Shown: one piece after another, positions 1-10,097 of the stretch | Position numbering within the stretch: position 1 is the first letter of the stretch | Layout of the letters: every line of letters starts with the position of its first letter | NCBI RefSeq assembly: GCF_039541115.1 | Contig: NZ_BAABFP010000004.1 | Location: 372,001-436,000 of the forward strand | Reading direction: 5' to 3' | DNA length: 64,000 nucleotides | Origin: Angustibacter luteus | Lineage (GTDB): Bacteria; Actinomycetota; Actinomycetes; Actinomycetales; Angustibacteraceae | Notes under the pieces: model-generated | Seen by the model: only the letters and a program-made list of their open reading frames with translations | What the model was told of the DNA's origin: nothing | Database searches by the model: none | Program-made: the position numbers and the translations under genes

Positions 1-86
1 AGACGAGCACCGAAAGCAGGGTCAGCGCGAGCGGCTTGCGGTACCGCCACACCACGGTCATGGCGGGAGTGTGCCAGGCCAACCGG

Positions 87-1043
87 TCAGCCGGTGGTGA
101 CCACGTCCGAGAGCAGGCTGCTGACGGACTCGCCGCGGTTGATCCGGCCGATGGCGTCGGCGAACAGCGGTGCGATGGAGCGCACCTCGAGGTTGGGCAA
201 CCCGTAGTGGTCGCCCTGCGGCACCGTGTTGGTGGTGACGATCTCGGCGATGTCCTTGCGGGCCGAGAGTCGCTCGATGGCCTTGCCGGTGAACAGCCCG
301 TGCGTGCAGGCCAGAGACACCTTGCGGACGCCGTGCGCCTTCAGCACGTCGAGCAGCTCGCACACCGACCCGCCGGTGGCGATCTCGTCGTCCAGCACGA
401 TCACGTCCTTGCCGTCGACGTCCCCGACGATCGCGTCGATCACGACCGTGTCGTCGGCCAGCCGCTGCTTGCTGCCGGCCGCGACCGGGACGCCCAGCAG
501 CCGCGCGAAGCGGGTCGCCGGCTTGGCGTTGCCCAGGTCCGGCGAGACGACGACCGTGTTCGACAGGTCGGTCTGCTTGTAGTGCATGGCGATCTCGTCG
601 ATGGCCGACAGGTGGTCGACGGGCACCGAGAAGAAGCCGTGCACCTGCGGCGCGTGCAGCGCCATCGTGAGCACCCGGTCGGCGCCCGCGGTCGCGATCA
701 GGTCCGCCACCAGCCGGCCGCCGATCGAGATGCGCGGCGCGTCCTTCTTGTCCGAGCGGGCGTACGCGTAGTGCGGGATCACGGCGGTGATCTGCGCGGC
801 GGAGGCCCCGCGGGCGGCGTCCAGCATGAGCAGGAGCTCGACCAGGTTGTCCTGCACCGGGGTGACCAGCGGCTGCACGATGTACACGTCGCGCTGGCGG
901 CAGTTCTCGCGCAGCTGGACCTGGATGCAGTCGTTGCTGAACCGGGTGATGTTCGTGGGGGCGAGGTCGACGCCGAGATCGGAGCAGATCTCCTCGGCGA
1001 GCTCGACGTGGGCGCTACCGGTGAAGACGACGATGTCGCCCAT
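87..1043 (-). CDS. prs: Ribose-phosphate pyrophosphokinase (PRPP synthetase)
   Basis: 318 aa; PHYAYARSDKK, LHAPQVHGFF, VVSPDLG and PRPP-binding loop VLDDEIATGGS. Confidence 0.95.
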   Translation of the reverse strand: MGDIVVFTGSAHVELAEEICSDLGVDLAPTNITRFSNDCIQVQLRENCRQRDVYIVQPLVTPVQDNLVELLLMLDAARGASAAQITAVIPHYAYARSDKKDAPRISIGGRLVADLIATAGADRVLTMALHAPQVHGFFSVPVDHLSAIDEIAMHYKQTDLSNTVVVSPDLGNAKPATRFARLLGVPVAAGSKQRLADDTVVIDAIVGDVDGKDVIVLDDEIATGGSVCELLDVLKAHGVRKVSLACTHGLFTGKAIERLSARKDIAEIVTTNTVPQGDHYGLPNLEVRSIAPLFADAIGRINRGESVSSLLSDVVTTG

Positions 1044-1085
1044 GCCGCTCCTCGCGGGTCGGGTGCTGATCAGGCCGCCCTCAGA

Positions 1086-1715
1086 CTATGCGCTGCCCGA
1101 TCGGTCGCCGACCTCCGGCGTCGCCGTCTGAGCAGCGGACCGCGGCCGGGCCCGCACGTGCGCCCGCTCGCCCTGCGGACCGAACAGGCTCAGGAACTCC
1201 GTCGGACGACGGTCCGCGCTGCCGAACCAGTGCGGCGTCCGGGTGTCGAACTCGGCCGCCTCACCGGCCTTGAGCACCAGGTCGTGCTCACCCAGGACCA
1301 CCCGTAGGCGACCCGAGAGCACGTACAGCCACTCGTAGCCCTCGTGGGTGCGCAGGGCCGGCTCGGCGTCCGAGGTGCTCGCCGCGATCAGGTGCTTGAA
1401 CGCCTGCAGCCCGCCGGGGTTGTTGCTCAGCGGCACGATCGTCTGGCCACCGCGGGTCACCGGCCGGCCGTGCACCCGCGGGTCGTCGGTCTGCGGGGCC
1501 CCGACCAGCTCGTCCAAGGGCACCCGGTGCGCGGCCGCCAGCGGCAGCAGCAGCTCGAGCGTCGGTTTGCGACCCCCCGACTCGAGCCGGGACAGCGTGC
1601 TCACCGAGATGCCGGTCCGCTCGGACAGTGCGGCGAGGGTCAGTCCACCGTCCTGGCGCAGCGCGCGCAGGCGTGGGCCGACCCCGCGCAGGACGTCATC
1701 GTTGCTGGTCGTCAC
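1086..1715 (-). CDS. XRE-family HTH regulator with C-terminal cupin domain
   Basis: RLRALR..LTLAALSERTGISVSTLSRLESG HTH; cupin HEGYEWLYVLSG...FDTRTPH; GTG start at 1715 chosen within ORF 1086..1796. Confidence 0.9.
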   Translation of the reverse strand: MTTSNDDVLRGVGPRLRALRQDGGLTLAALSERTGISVSTLSRLESGGRKPTLELLLPLAAAHRVPLDELVGAPQTDDPRVHGRPVTRGGQTIVPLSNNPGGLQAFKHLIAASTSDAEPALRTHEGYEWLYVLSGRLRVVLGEHDLVLKAGEAAEFDTRTPHWFGSADRRPTEFLSLFGPQGERAHVRARPRSAAQTATPEVGDRSGSA

Positions 1716-1768
1716 CCAGCCAGTATCGGGTGGCTCGGCGCGCCTGCGACCTGGTAGACACGTCGCCC

Positions 1769-2275
1769 GTGACCGACACCCGCATCGACCCCCCACTCGT
1801 CGGCCCGGAACGTGAGTCGCTGCGCGCGTGGCTGGACTGGCACCGCGGCACCCTCGAGCACAAGTGCGCCGGGCTGACCGACGAGCAGCTTCGACTCCAG
1901 GCGGCCGTCCCGTCCCGACTGTCGCTGCTCGGGCTCGTGCGGCACCTGGCCGAGGTGGAGCGCACCTGGTTCCGCCGGGTCTTCGCCGGCGAGGCCGTGC
2001 CGCTGGTCTGGTCCGCGGACGGGGACTTCCAGGCCGCCTACGACGCCACCGACGCCTCGGTGGACGAGGCGTGGGCGGCCTGGCGTTCCGAGGTCTCGCG
2101 CGCCCGAGAGATCGAGGCCGCAGCCGAGTCGTTGGACGTCACCGGGCACCAGGCCAAGTGGGGCGAGGACGTCTCGCTGCGCTGGATCCTCGTGCACATG
2201 ATCGAGGAGTACGCCCGGCACAACGGCCACGCGGACATCGTCCGGGAGGCGGTCGACGGGGTCACCGGCGAGTAG
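1769..2275 (+). CDS. DinB/DUF664-family protein (mycothiol-transferase-like)
   Basis: SLLGLVRHLAEVERTWF and LVHMIEEYARHNGHAD metal-binding His motifs; GTG start at 1769. Confidence 0.9.
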   Translation: MTDTRIDPPLVGPERESLRAWLDWHRGTLEHKCAGLTDEQLRLQAAVPSRLSLLGLVRHLAEVERTWFRRVFAGEAVPLVWSADGDFQAAYDATDASVDEAWAAWRSEVSRAREIEAAAESLDVTGHQAKWGEDVSLRWILVHMIEEYARHNGHADIVREAVDGVTGE

Positions 2276-2328
2276 GGCAGCGTCGGCCCGCCGCCTCAGG
2301 ATCCGGCCGAGGTGGTCGATATGTCGTC

Positions 2329-3003
2329 GTGACCACCGGTTCCTGGCTGAGTAGCCGACCGCGCAACGCCCCACCGCGCCGCACGCACCCGGTCGGCCCG
2401 CTGTTCGGCACGTATCGGATGCGCCACCTGGTGCTGTACTACCGCGTCGGGGTGTTCGCCGTGCTGGGCATCGTGGCGTCGGGTTGGTGGGCGGCCTGGA
2501 CGAACATCGACGTCAATCGTGAGTCCGGGCTCCCGGCCACGACCGGCCTGCCCGGCATCGTCCTGGTGACCGCCGTGATGCTGCTCGTGGTGTGGCCGGC
2601 TCTCTGGCTGGCGACCGTCCGTCGCCGGCTGGACGTCGACGACGCAGGTGTTGTCACGGTGGGCTACGTCGGTCGTCGAGCCATCCCCTGGCACGAGATC
2701 CGACGGTTCGACAACAGCAGTGGACTGGTCGTGGAGACGACTACCGGGCCTGTCCGCGTCGACGCGTTTCCCTCCGCGTCCTTCGACGGCGCTCGCTACC
2801 GGCGCGTCGAGGTCGACCCCTTGACGGAGCAGCTCAACCGGCACGTCGGCCAGTTCCTCGTCGCGGCCGGAACGCCGCCGTCGGTCGACTCGGCCTCCGC
2901 AGCCGGACCCACGAGGGCGGTCCTGCTCGCCTCGATGGTGACCACGGCACTCATCCCAGGCCTCGTACATCTGGTCGGAGAGCTCTGGACCCGCCGACAC
3001 TGA
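2329..3003 (+). CDS. Membrane protein with bacterial PH-like domain
   Basis: Two hydrophobic helices followed by LDVDDAGVVTVGYVGRRAIPWHEIRRF; start uncertain (GTG 2329). Confidence 0.6.
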   Translation: MTTGSWLSSRPRNAPPRRTHPVGPLFGTYRMRHLVLYYRVGVFAVLGIVASGWWAAWTNIDVNRESGLPATTGLPGIVLVTAVMLLVVWPALWLATVRRRLDVDDAGVVTVGYVGRRAIPWHEIRRFDNSSGLVVETTTGPVRVDAFPSASFDGARYRRVEVDPLTEQLNRHVGQFLVAAGTPPSVDSASAAGPTRAVLLASMVTTALIPGLVHLVGELWTRRH

Positions 3004-3042
3004 CGCAGATCGACACCCGTGACAACTCGGTCGATCTGCGTC
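3002..3042. repeat. 13-bp-arm inverted repeat between convergent genes (terminator or REP-like)
   Basis: GACGCAGATCGAC (3002-3014) / GTCGATCTGCGTC (3030-3042). Confidence 0.75.
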
Positions 3043-3052
3043 CGGCCGACGG

Positions 3053-4102
3053 CTACGGCGTGAGCAGGGTCTTGATCGCCGTGCGCTCGTCCATCGCCCG
3101 GTAGGCGTCGGCGACGTCGGCCAGGGCGAAGGTCGCGTCGAAGACCTTGCCCGGGTCGATCGCGCCGGACAGCACGTCCGTCAGGAGGTCGGGGATGTAC
3201 CCACGCACCGGCGCGACGCCGCCACCCACGGAGATGTTGGACGAGAACAGCTTCCCGATCGGCAGCTCGGAGCCACCAGCCGGCACGCCCACGTAGCCGA
3301 TCCGTCCGCCGGGCCGAGTCGAGCCGATGGCCTGCGCCATGGACTCCTTGGTGCCCACGCACTCCAGGACGGCGTCGGCGCCGACCCCGCCGGTGAGCTC
3401 CTTGATCCGCTCGACACCCTCGTCCCCGCGCTCGGCGACGATGACGTCGGCGCCGAACTGGCGCGCCACGGCCTGCCGGTCCGCGTGCCGGGACATCGCG
3501 ATGACGCGCTCCGCGCCCAGCCGTCGCGCGGCGAGCACCCCGCACAGCCCGACCGCGCCGTCCCCGACGACCACGACGGTCTGCCCCGGCCCCACCCCGG
3601 CGGACACCGCGGCATGGTGCCCGGTACCCATCACGTCGGACAGTGTGAGCAGCGACGGGACCAGCGCGTCGTCCGGCACCTCGGGGGTCGCCACGAGCGT
3701 GCCGTCGGCCATCGGCGCTCGCACGTACTCGCCCTGGCCGCCGTCCACCAGGAAGCCGTTCTTGTCCTGGCTGCCCCACCACTGGCCGTGCACGCACGAG
3801 GTGTGGATCCCGTTGCGGCAGTGCGGGCACGTCCCGTCACTGAGCGCGAACGGCGCGATCACGAAGTCACCGGCCTTCACCGTCCGGACGTCCGCGCCGA
3901 CCTCCTCGACGATGCCCACGAGCTCGTGACCGATCCGGGTGGGCTCCTTCACCGGGCGGACCCCGCGGTAGGGCCACAGGTCGGAACCGCACACGCAGCT
4001 GGCGACGACGCGGATGAGCGCATCGCCGGGCAGCTGGATCTGGGGGTCGGGAACGTCCTCGAGGCGGATGTCACGGGAGCCGTGGATCAGGGTTGCGCGC
4101 AT
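3053..4102 (-). CDS. Zinc-dependent alcohol dehydrogenase (MDR family)
   Basis: CVCGSD, GHE, structural-Zn motif DGTCPHC..C, GDGAVG NAD-binding. Confidence 0.93.
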   Translation of the reverse strand: MRATLIHGSRDIRLEDVPDPQIQLPGDALIRVVASCVCGSDLWPYRGVRPVKEPTRIGHELVGIVEEVGADVRTVKAGDFVIAPFALSDGTCPHCRNGIHTSCVHGQWWGSQDKNGFLVDGGQGEYVRAPMADGTLVATPEVPDDALVPSLLTLSDVMGTGHHAAVSAGVGPGQTVVVVGDGAVGLCGVLAARRLGAERVIAMSRHADRQAVARQFGADVIVAERGDEGVERIKELTGGVGADAVLECVGTKESMAQAIGSTRPGGRIGYVGVPAGGSELPIGKLFSSNISVGGGVAPVRGYIPDLLTDVLSGAIDPGKVFDATFALADVADAYRAMDERTAIKTLLTP

Positions 4103-4124
4103 GCGCCCACCCTGCCACGCACGG

Positions 4125-4862
4125 TCAGGAGCGGGTGATCCGGTACGTCGTGGTGACGTAGGGGACGTCGACGACGTCGCGCCCCGCGGTGTCGGGGTCG
4201 GTCGCGAGCAGGTCGCGGACGGCGGCGTAGACGTCCGCGGCGTCGGGGCGCAGCCGCACGAACGAGATGGTGCTGATCAGGCCCACGACCTCGTCGGGTG
4301 TCTGCGGCACCGAGTGCTCGAAGCGCGCGCCCTCGACCGCGGGCAGCACCGACGCGACCTCCTCGAGCGGGTCCGCGCGGTCGTCGCGTCCGATCAGCTC
4401 GTTGAGCGCGGCGACCCAGGGCACCCGGACGTCCCGGAAGTTCCACAGGAGTCCGATCACGCCGCCCGGACGCAGCACCCGGGTGAACTCGGCGGCCGCC
4501 GCGGGCTTGTCGAACCAGTGCCACGCCTGACCGACGGTGACCGCGTCGACGCTGGCGTCGGCGAGCGGCAACGACTCCGCGGTCGCGAGCTGCCGGGGGA
4601 CCTGGGGCAACGCCCGCTCCAGCTCGGTGAGCATCCCGGCGTCGGGCTCGAACGCCGTCACGTGCTCGGCCAGGGTCACCAGAGCGCGGGTCAGTGCCCC
4701 CGTGCCGGCCCCGACGTCCGCGACGTCGACGACCGGGTGGGTGGCGCCGTCGAACACCCAGCGCACCGCTTCGGCTGGGAACCCGGGGCGGAAGCGTGCG
4801 TAGTCCTGGGCCGCGGCGCCGAACGAGAGCTTGCGGTCGTCGAACGACGGTCGCGCGGCCAC
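4125..4862 (-). CDS. Class I SAM-dependent methyltransferase
   Basis: DVGAGTG motif I, QAWHWFD, RVLRPGG; GTG start at 4862. Confidence 0.9.
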   Translation of the reverse strand: MAARPSFDDRKLSFGAAAQDYARFRPGFPAEAVRWVFDGATHPVVDVADVGAGTGALTRALVTLAEHVTAFEPDAGMLTELERALPQVPRQLATAESLPLADASVDAVTVGQAWHWFDKPAAAAEFTRVLRPGGVIGLLWNFRDVRVPWVAALNELIGRDDRADPLEEVASVLPAVEGARFEHSVPQTPDEVVGLISTISFVRLRPDAADVYAAVRDLLATDPDTAGRDVVDVPYVTTTYRITRS

Positions 4863-4864
4863 GG

Positions 4865-5497
4865 TCAGCCCGCGACCACGGGCGCACCGGTGGCCCGCTG
4901 GAGCTGCTCCAGGCTCACGCCGTCCGCGAGCTCGACGAGCTGGAAGTGGTCGCCGGCCACGTCGAGCACGCCGAGGTCCGTGATGATCCGGTCGACGACG
5001 CCCTTGCCGGTCAGCGGCAGGTCGCACTCGCCGAGCAGCTTGTGGCTGCCGTCCTTGGCCACGTGCTCCATCAGGACGACAACCTTCTTGGCGCCGTGCA
5101 CGAGGTCCATGGCCCCGCCCATGCCCTTGACCATCTTGCCGGGGATCATCCAGTTGGCGATGTCACCCGACGTCGAGACCTGCATGGCGCCGAGCACGGC
5201 CGCGTCGATCTTGCCGCCGCGGATCATGCCGAAGCTGAGGGCGGAGTCGAAGTACGACGACCCGGCCTGCACGGTCACGGTCTCCTTGCCGGCGTTGATC
5301 AGGTCGGGGTCGACGGCGTCCTCGGTCGGGTAGGCGCCGACGCCGAGGATGCCGTTCTCCGACTGGAGCACGACGTGCACGCCGTCCGGCAGGTGGTTCG
5401 GGATCAGGGTGGGCAGACCGATGCCGAGGTTCACGTAGGAACCGTCGGTCAGCTCGCGGGCCGCCCGGGCGGCCATCTGCTCGCGGTTCAGCGGCAC
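4865..5497 (-). CDS. scoB: 3-oxoacid CoA-transferase subunit B
   Basis: VNLGIGLP, catalytic [15 protein letters not shown] start at 5497. Confidence 0.9.
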   Translation of the reverse strand: MPLNREQMAARAARELTDGSYVNLGIGLPTLIPNHLPDGVHVVLQSENGILGVGAYPTEDAVDPDLINAGKETVTVQAGSSYFDSALSFGMIRGGKIDAAVLGAMQVSTSGDIANWMIPGKMVKGMGGAMDLVHGAKKVVVLMEHVAKDGSHKLLGECDLPLTGKGVVDRIITDLGVLDVAGDHFQLVELADGVSLEQLQRATGAPVVAG

Positions 5498-5498
5498 G

Positions 5499-6296
5499 TC
5501 AGGCCTCCTGGTTCGGGACGGGCTCGGTCGCGGCGCGGACGGTGCGCTTCTCGATCCGCTTGTCGGCGGCCTGCTCGGGCGTGAGGGCGACGACGCGCCG
5601 GACGTAGACCCCGGGCAGCTGGACGTCGTCCGGGTCGATCTCGCCCGGCTCGACGAGCCGTTCGACCTCCGCGATCGTGATCCGGCCGGCCATCGCGACG
5701 ACCGGGTTGAAGTTGCGGGCGGACTCGTGGAAGACGAGGTTGCCGTGCCGGTCGCCGACTGCGGCGCGCACGAGGGCGAAGTCGGTGACGATCGACTCCT
5801 CCAGGACGAACTCGCGCGTCTGGCCGTGCACGGTGAACTCGCGGACCTCCTTGGCCGGCGACGCCTTCGCGATCCCGCCGGTGGAGTCGTAGCGCCAGGG
5901 CAGGCCGCCCTCGGCGATCTGGGTGCCGACGCCGGTTGGGGTGAAGAACGCGGCGATGCCCGCCCCACCCGCCCGCAGCTTCTCGGCGAGCGTGCCCTGC
6001 GGCGTGAGCTCGACCTCGAGCTCGCCGGCCAGGTACTGGCGGGCGAACTCCTTGTTCTCCCCGACGTAGGACGCCGTCACCCGGCTGATCCGGCCGGCCC
6101 CCAGCAGCACGCCCAGCCCGACGCCGTCCACCCCACAGTTGTTGGACACCACCGACAGGTCCGTGGCGCCCTGCGCGTGCAGGGCGTCGACGAGCACCGA
6201 CGGGATGCCGCACAGGCCGAAGCCGCCGACGGCCAGGCTGGCGCCGTCCCTGATGTCGGCCACGGCCTGTTCGGCGCTGGCTACGACCTTGTCCAC
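5499..6296 (-). CDS. scoA: 3-oxoacid CoA-transferase subunit A
   Basis: [23 protein letters not shown] motifs; adjacent to subunit B. Confidence 0.9.
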   Translation of the reverse strand: MDKVVASAEQAVADIRDGASLAVGGFGLCGIPSVLVDALHAQGATDLSVVSNNCGVDGVGLGVLLGAGRISRVTASYVGENKEFARQYLAGELEVELTPQGTLAEKLRAGGAGIAAFFTPTGVGTQIAEGGLPWRYDSTGGIAKASPAKEVREFTVHGQTREFVLEESIVTDFALVRAAVGDRHGNLVFHESARNFNPVVAMAGRITIAEVERLVEPGEIDPDDVQLPGVYVRRVVALTPEQAADKRIEKRTVRAATEPVPNQEA

Positions 6297-6378
6297 GTCG
6301 CTACTCCTCGTCGTTGAGGTCCTGCAGGTCCGGTGGCGTCACCCTAACTGCCACCGGACCTGCCAGCGACGAGCGGGT

Positions 6379-7881
6379 TCAGCCGAGGATCTTGCGGATC
6401 ACGAAGGCCTGCCGGACGGCGGCCGCCGCGTTGGCGCCGTACATCACGCGGGCGGTCTGCACGGTGTGCTGGGCGGCAGCGGCGAAGGTGGTGGTCGGCG
6501 AGATCCCGAACTGCGACTCGATGATCACCTTGTTCGCCTTGGTGCGGCCGAGCGCGTTGTGGATGTCCCAGAGGGCCCGCGACCAGATCTCACCGTCGTC
6601 GTGCACCTCGCCGTCGATGTCGTCCGTGGTCTTCGGCCCGTCGACCCGACGCAGGCAGTGCGAGGGGCCGTCGGTGTAGGACGTCGCGTCCCAGTCCATG
6701 ACGCACGGCACGTCGAAGCCCTTGCCGACCGGCTCCGACATGGTGACGGCCCAGTAGTCGCCGAAGGCCTCGCCGATCGCGCCGCCCTCCTCGCTCTCGC
6801 CGAAGCCGGGCACCTGGTCGTCCTGGATCGCGTGGCCGAGCTCGTGCCAGACGACCTCCTGGTCCTCGGCGTCGTCCACCCCGCCGTTGCCGAACGTGAT
6901 CATGTCGGTCGACGGGTCGTAGAAGGAGTTGTCGTCCGGGATCGTGTTCGTCTCGACCTTCTGCGGCTCGGCGTTGACGTCCGTGAAGCCGAGGCTGCGC
7001 AGGTACAGCTGGGCCTGGGTGATGTCGTAGTAGGCGCTGACCTGCTCGAACCCTTCGGCGTGCCGCTTGAAGGTGAAGGTGCGGGTCGGCGACGTCACCG
7101 CGTCGGCGTTCATGATCCGCGCGTAGGCGCCCTGCAGCTTCCCGCTGGTGTCGAGGTTGGTGAGCTTCACCTTCCGGTACGCCCTCGCCGGGACGGCCGC
7201 GTTCGAGTCGTCCTGGTCGGTGAGGTTCTCGTCGTGCAGGCCGGCCACGGGGTTCGGCGAGAAGACGCTGCCCGTGCCGCTGGCGTGCTTGACCAGGCTG
7301 CGCTGCGACAGGACCTTGCCGGTGCTCGCGTCCACGACCGACTGCATGCTGCCGGCGGTGCCCGTACCGGTGACCTGCCAGACCAGCCGGGCGCCGGCGC
7401 CGCCGAGCACCGCCAGGGTGGTCCGCTGGGACGTCGTGGGGCTGAGCTGGGCCGGGCTGTCCTTCGCCGGACCTGACCGGCGCGTGGCCTGCGCCTTCGC
7501 GGCGGCCGTGGCCAGCGAGGTCTTCGCGGTGCCGGCGGCGGCGGCCGCGGCCACCGTCGGGGTGGTGGACAGGGAGGTCGGCACGGCCAGCCGCCCGTCG
7601 TCCACGGTCACCCGACCGGCCTTGTCGGTGTGCTTGGCGTAGTAGCCGTTCAGCACTGGCAGGCCGTGGAACGTCTGGGCGTACCAGGTGTGCGTCCCCA
7701 GCAGCGAGTGCCGGGTCTGGACGCGGACCAGCTCACCCCGGGTCGTCGGTGTCGTCGTCTTCGAGGTCTTCGAGGTCGTCGAGGCCGACGACGACGGTGC
7801 CGCCTGAGCGACAGGCGAGATCAGCATCGCGGTGGTCAGCGCTGCGGCGCCCACCCCGGCGATCGTGCGGTATCGGTGCAT
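6379..7881 (-). CDS. Secreted M4/M36 (thermolysin/fungalysin-like) zinc metallopeptidase with propeptide
   Basis: Signal peptide MHRYRT..VAQA, Ser/Thr linker, HELGH zinc motif, GEAFGD third ligand, GEVHDDGEIW; ATG at 7881. Confidence 0.88.
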   Translation of the reverse strand: MHRYRTIAGVGAAALTTAMLISPVAQAAPSSSASTTSKTSKTTTPTTRGELVRVQTRHSLLGTHTWYAQTFHGLPVLNGYYAKHTDKAGRVTVDDGRLAVPTSLSTTPTVAAAAAAGTAKTSLATAAAKAQATRRSGPAKDSPAQLSPTTSQRTTLAVLGGAGARLVWQVTGTGTAGSMQSVVDASTGKVLSQRSLVKHASGTGSVFSPNPVAGLHDENLTDQDDSNAAVPARAYRKVKLTNLDTSGKLQGAYARIMNADAVTSPTRTFTFKRHAEGFEQVSAYYDITQAQLYLRSLGFTDVNAEPQKVETNTIPDDNSFYDPSTDMITFGNGGVDDAEDQEVVWHELGHAIQDDQVPGFGESEEGGAIGEAFGDYWAVTMSEPVGKGFDVPCVMDWDATSYTDGPSHCLRRVDGPKTTDDIDGEVHDDGEIWSRALWDIHNALGRTKANKVIIESQFGISPTTTFAAAAQHTVQTARVMYGANAAAAVRQAFVIRKILG

Positions 7882-8006
7882 GTCCACCCTCCCCTGGGGC
7901 GCCGCCGGCCGGTCCGGGACGCCGTGGCGCCGGCTTCGCGCCAGCGTCGAGAGCGAACCTAGCGCTCGGTGCCGACAAAGGCTCGGGGCAATTCTGCCGA
8001 AATACC

Positions 8007-9197
8007 TCAGGCGTGCAGGACGACTGCGATGCCCTGGCCGACCCCGATGCACAGCGCGGCCAGGCCCCAGCCGCCGCCGCGGGCGCGCAGGCTGTGCGCC
8101 AGGTGGCCGAGGACCCGGCCGCCGGACGCGCCGAGCGGGTGGCCGATCGCGATCGCGCCCCCGTGCGGGTTCACGACCTCGGGGTCGAGGCCGTCCCACG
8201 CGGCCAGGCAGGCCAGCGACTGGGCGGCGAACGCCTCGTTGAGCTCGACCTGGGCGAGGTCCGCCCACCCGATGCCGGCGCGCTCCAGCGCCGTGTTCGC
8301 CGCCTGCACCGGACCGATGCCGAACACGTCCGGGTCGACGCCGCTGACGCCGGACGAGACGACCCGCGCGATCGGGTCGCGCCCGACCCGCTCGGCCCCA
8401 GCGGCGGAGCCGAGGAGCACCGCGCTGGCTCCGTCGTTCAGCGGTGAGGAGTTGCCGGCCGTGACGGTGCCGTCGGTGCGGAAGACCGGCTTGAGACCGG
8501 CCAGCTTCTGCGGGGTCGAGCCGGCGCGGATCGACTCGTCCCGCTCCAGGTCGGTGCCGGGCACGGGGACGACCTCGGCGTCGTACGCGCCGCTGGCCCA
8601 GGCCTCGTCGGCGAGCCGGTGGCTGCGGGCGGCGAACTCGTCCTGCGCCTCGCGCCCGATCCCCTTGAGCTCGGCGAGGTGCTCGGTGGACTCACCCAGG
8701 GAGACGGTCCAGGCCGACGGCATCTCGGGGTTGACCATCCGCCAGCCCAGCGTCGTCGAGTGCAGCGTCTCGTGGCCGCGCGGGTACGGAGTGGCCGGCT
8801 TGGTCAGCACCCAGGGCGCGCGGCTCATCGACTCGACACCGCCGGCGACGACGACGTCCGCGTCACCGACGGCCACGGCCCGGCGGCCCTGGATGGCCGC
8901 CTCGAGTCCGCTGCCGCACAGCCGGTTCACGGTCGCGCCGGGTACGGAGGTCGGCCAGCCCGCCAGCAGCACGGCCATGCGCGCGACGTCGCGGTTGTCC
9001 TCCCCGGCGCCGTTCGCCAGACCCAGCAGGACGTCGTCCACGTCGGCGGGGTCCAGGCCCGGGCTGCGCTCACCGAGCGAGCGCAGCACGTGTGCCGCCA
9101 GGTCGTCCGGACGGACGTCGGCCAGCGCGCCGCCGTAGCGGCCGAACGGGGTGCGTACGGCGTCGAGGACGTAGACGTCGTTGAGGGTCTGGGTCAC
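8007..9197 (-). CDS. Acetyl-CoA C-acyltransferase (thiolase, PcaF/PaaJ-like)
   Basis: NRLCGSG, NEAF, GHPLG, CIGVGQG. Confidence 0.93.
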   Translation of the reverse strand: MTQTLNDVYVLDAVRTPFGRYGGALADVRPDDLAAHVLRSLGERSPGLDPADVDDVLLGLANGAGEDNRDVARMAVLLAGWPTSVPGATVNRLCGSGLEAAIQGRRAVAVGDADVVVAGGVESMSRAPWVLTKPATPYPRGHETLHSTTLGWRMVNPEMPSAWTVSLGESTEHLAELKGIGREAQDEFAARSHRLADEAWASGAYDAEVVPVPGTDLERDESIRAGSTPQKLAGLKPVFRTDGTVTAGNSSPLNDGASAVLLGSAAGAERVGRDPIARVVSSGVSGVDPDVFGIGPVQAANTALERAGIGWADLAQVELNEAFAAQSLACLAAWDGLDPEVVNPHGGAIAIGHPLGASGGRVLGHLAHSLRARGGGWGLAALCIGVGQGIAVVLHA

Positions 9198-9625
9198 GCG
9201 TTCGACCCGCGAGCGGCCATGTTCTGCAGCCGGACCTGCCCGCGCGCGATCAGCCGGTCACCGGCGTCCCGGGTCTCCACGACCCACACCTGCTGGGAGC
9301 GCCCGCGGTGCAGCGGGGTGCCGGTCGTCGTCATCTCCCCGTCGCTGACGGCGCGGAAGAAGTCGGTCTGGTTGGAGACGCCGACGACGTAGCCCTGGTC
9401 GCCGAACCACACGGTCGCCGCGACGCTGGCCACGGTCTCGTGGATCCAGGCGTGGATGCCGCCGTGCAGGATGCCGTGCGGCTGGTGCACGGCGGGCACC
9501 ACGTTCCAGCGTGCCCGCATGCTGTCACCGGTCAGCTCGTCGACCGTGAACCCGATCGTGTCGCCGACAATGCCGAAGGCGCCGTCGGGGAACTGGTCAG
9601 CGACCGAGTCGGCGATGGACGACAT
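9194..9625 (-). CDS. PaaI-family hotdog thioesterase
   Basis: HQPHGILHGG...ETVAS; ATG at 9625; 4-nt overlap with the thiolase start. Confidence 0.88.
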   Translation of the reverse strand: MSSIADSVADQFPDGAFGIVGDTIGFTVDELTGDSMRARWNVVPAVHQPHGILHGGIHAWIHETVASVAATVWFGDQGYVVGVSNQTDFFRAVSDGEMTTTGTPLHRGRSQQVWVVETRDAGDRLIARGQVRLQNMAARGSNA

Positions 9626-9677
9626 GGGACCTCCCGGGGTGACGATCTCTGGCCGCCCCGAGCATGCCACCCGGGGG

Positions 9678-10097
9678 TCAGCCGGTCGTGGGCAGGCCCG
9701 CGGCGCGCCAGGCCAGGAAGCCGCCCTCGACGTCCGTGGCCCGGTGCAGCCCGAGCTCGACCAGCGCTGCCGCAGCCAGGCTGGACGTGTACCCCTCCGA
9801 GCACAGCACGAGGATGCGGACGTCGTACCCGACCGCCTGCGGCAGGCGCGCGTCGCTGGTGGGGTCCAGGCGCCACTCGAGCACGTTCCGCTCGATGACG
9901 AGGGCGCCGGGCACCTCACCCTCGATCAGCCGCTGGGCGGCCGGCCGGATGTCGACCAGCAGGGCGCCGTCCACGTGCTCGGCGGCGGCCTGCGCCGGCG
10001 TGACCCGCCGGATCTGGGTGCGGGCGCGGGCCAGCACCTGGTCGATCGTGAGGGCGGTGGGCGGCCCCGGTGGCCGGGTGGCGACCGCGGTGCTCAT
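9678..10097 (-). CDS. Single-domain rhodanese-like sulfurtransferase
   Basis: LVDIRP, active-site loop CSEGYTS, DVEGGFLAW; ATG at 10097 overlaps the upstream stop. Confidence 0.88.
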   Translation of the reverse strand: MSTAVATRPPGPPTALTIDQVLARARTQIRRVTPAQAAAEHVDGALLVDIRPAAQRLIEGEVPGALVIERNVLEWRLDPTSDARLPQAVGYDVRILVLCSEGYTSSLAAAALVELGLHRATDVEGGFLAWRAAGLPTTG

